The notes below the pieces were generated by a model. That model worked only from the letters and a program-made list of their open reading frames with translations, was not told the origin of the DNA and did no database searches. A program made the position numbers and the translations under genes. A DNA stretch of 55,517 nucleotides from a virus, in the IMG/VR virus record IMGVR_UViG_3300045988_099312, positions 1 through 55,517 of that record, one strand, 5' to 3'. Positions 54,269 to 55,517 of this stretch are shown here, one piece after another (position 1 is the stretch's first letter; each line of letters starts with the position of its first letter).

Positions 54269-54706
54269 ATGTACAGAAATGAAAAAGACTGCTTATGCAA
54301 CTTGCTTGATTGTGGAATTGATGACCTAGAAATAATTAAAGACTGCAAGTATGATCTTCGCGAACTCGTTAATAGATATATCACGTATGAAGAAGCAATG
54401 CCTGATATAAATGGGTTGATTGAAGAGATTTTTTTTAAAGGATGGGATGCTTTAGACAAAGTAGTGTGGAAAGAATTAAAGCGTCTTAGGCTAAATGGCA
54501 TCAATGAAAATGAGTCACCGCTAAAAGAAATTGGATCTTTGTGTGCATACGCTGACATTCGTTATGAGGCTAATTGTTTCGTTCCATACATCAGATTTGT
54601 AGGGAATGAAAAATTATGGCGGCGTTATTTTCAAAAGGAGATTGAAAAAGTCGAGAATGATATGGGATTCAAGATTCAGCATAGCGACGAGTTCATCGGA
54701 AGATAA
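54269..54706 (+). CDS. Hypothetical protein (145 aa), paralogue of the next gene
   Basis: RBS TAGGAGAG. Motifs shared with the 54722 gene: 'C.LL.C...D...I..CKY..REL', 'E.EMGFKI.HS.EFI'. Confidence 0.7.
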   Translation: MYRNEKDCLCNLLDCGIDDLEIIKDCKYDLRELVNRYITYEEAMPDINGLIEEIFFKGWDALDKVVWKELKRLRLNGINENESPLKEIGSLCAYADIRYEANCFVPYIRFVGNEKLWRRYFQKEIEKVENDMGFKIQHSDEFIGR

Positions 54707-54721
54707 AGGGAGGAAATAGCT

Positions 54722-55204
54722 ATGAATCAAAATGAAGATATTATTTGTGGCTTGCTAAATTGCAAGGTTGAAGATATTAGCTATATTCGCAATTGCAAAT
54801 ATAGCATTCGTGAACTGGCAGAGTGGGCATTTTATCAAAATGCGTACCCGGCAGACCTTAAAGACATTTGTGATGAAATATTCAAAAGAGGACTGGTTGA
54901 TCTTCACAATATTCAGCAAAAAAAATATGCTGAACTCAAAACTAAACATGATCCATGCTCACGTTACGTCAGGAAATTATGGTCGTTCAAGGATATTTCT
55001 TATGAAACGGATTGCAAAAGCCCCCATATCTATTTTGTAAAAAACGAGGATGACTGGAGAGCTTTCTTCAATGATGAGATTGAAAGAGTGGAAGGTGAGA
55101 TGGGATTCAAGATTGGACATAGTGAGGAATTTATTAAAGGGCAAGAAGCACTGGAAGAAGAGCAGAGAGAAGCAATGATAGACGTACTTGGCTGCCATGT
55201 ATGA
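54722..55204 (+). CDS. Hypothetical protein (160 aa), paralogue of the previous gene
   Basis: RBS AGGGAGGAAA. ORF track entry. Confidence 0.7.
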   Translation: MNQNEDIICGLLNCKVEDISYIRNCKYSIRELAEWAFYQNAYPADLKDICDEIFKRGLVDLHNIQQKKYAELKTKHDPCSRYVRKLWSFKDISYETDCKSPHIYFVKNEDDWRAFFNDEIERVEGEMGFKIGHSEEFIKGQEALEEEQREAMIDVLGCHV

Positions 55205-55227
55205 GAGAACACATACTCCTTGCTACA

Positions 55228-55265
55228 AGACTTGCTGGATCATCAGCAGGTCTTTTTGTTTTATG
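55228..55265 (+). terminator. Rho-independent terminator
   Basis: 10-bp stem AGACTTGCTG / CAGCAGGTCT with one G-U pair, then TTTTGTTTT. Confidence 0.75.
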
Positions 55266-55305
55266 ATGAGGATAACGATCAGTGATATAGATGCATTACA
55301 TAGCG

Positions 55306-55517
55306 ATTTTTGGCATAAAGACCGAAAATCGCTATATTTGCATTTATTTGGTTTTACAGCGTTTCCCGATGTTCAGCATATAACCAATCAAAAATCATGC
55401 AAGAACGTTTCTCATGGAAAATGTATACGTCTGCTCAATGCGTTAAAACGGCGATTCTAGCGATTTCTGAAAATCCACCATACTCCACCCCATCCGATTA
55501 AATTTAGGCGTTTCCGA
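55306..55517 (+). repeat. Cassette copy A, 5' part (terminator hairpin 55301-55334 plus the start of the conserved spacer); 55401-55517 duplicates 1-117
   Basis: Aligns with 36789-36990 and 50523-50730. Confidence 0.9.

Larger units (their letters stand above)
1..55400. mobile_element. Complete temperate myovirus-like phage genome (unit length 55,400 bp)
   Basis: Positions 1-117 are identical to 55401-55517. The window holds a full set of packaging, head, contractile-tail, lysis, lysogeny and replication genes. Confidence 0.85.

Noticed and set aside
53881-54558. 225-aa minus-strand ORF
   Set aside because: It is antisense to two RBS-supported, translationally coupled + strand genes. Its sequence is Ser/Leu-rich and low in complexity.
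1-55517. Genome-wide TAG reassignment (code-15-like recoding)
   Set aside because: TAG ends many well-delimited genes and is immediately followed by the next RBS, for example at 3560, 10673, 22382, 25236, 28002, 31189 and 33877. Structural and lysis genes are intact under the standard code. Only two small early genes contain an internal TAG.

Overview
The window is one complete temperate phage genome with a contractile tail. Positions 1-117 are identical to 55401-55517, so the unit length is 55,400 bp and the assembly is circular or terminally redundant. All but two genes are on the + strand.

Gene order:
- two small genes
- a 2.1-kb RNA island (about 795-2945) with 7 tRNA or tRNA-like genes and a 763-nt ORF-free, hairpin-dense segment
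- an enzyme island: ParB-like protein, ATP-grasp ligase, GT-A-like protein, RarA/MgsA C-terminal-domain-only protein, PLP-dependent decarboxylase, UDP-galactopyranose mutase
- terminase, portal, head, sheath, tube, tape measure, baseplate and tail-fibre genes
- a post-fibre cassette, then holin and amidase
- an array of 11-bp iterons and a secreted-protein moron
- repressor plus large serine integrase (- strand)
- a cro-like gene and an early module (RecT, nuclease, replisome organiser, DnaC-like loader, RusA, HNH, dUTPase, SSB, ArpU-like regulator)
- a 4.4-kb block of small genes of unknown function

Most notable observations:
1. The large structured-RNA candidate inside the tRNA array, possibly GOLLD/ROOL-like.
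2. The sugar/amino-acid modification island next to the packaging genes.
3. A ~390-bp terminator-spacer-promoter-leader cassette present in three copies.
4. Phased GGAAAnTCC iterons flanking AT-rich DNA.
5. tRNAs with C instead of U at position 33.
6. Two adjacent early genes with in-frame TAG codons.

All functional calls come from motif and pattern recognition by eye. No database search was run.
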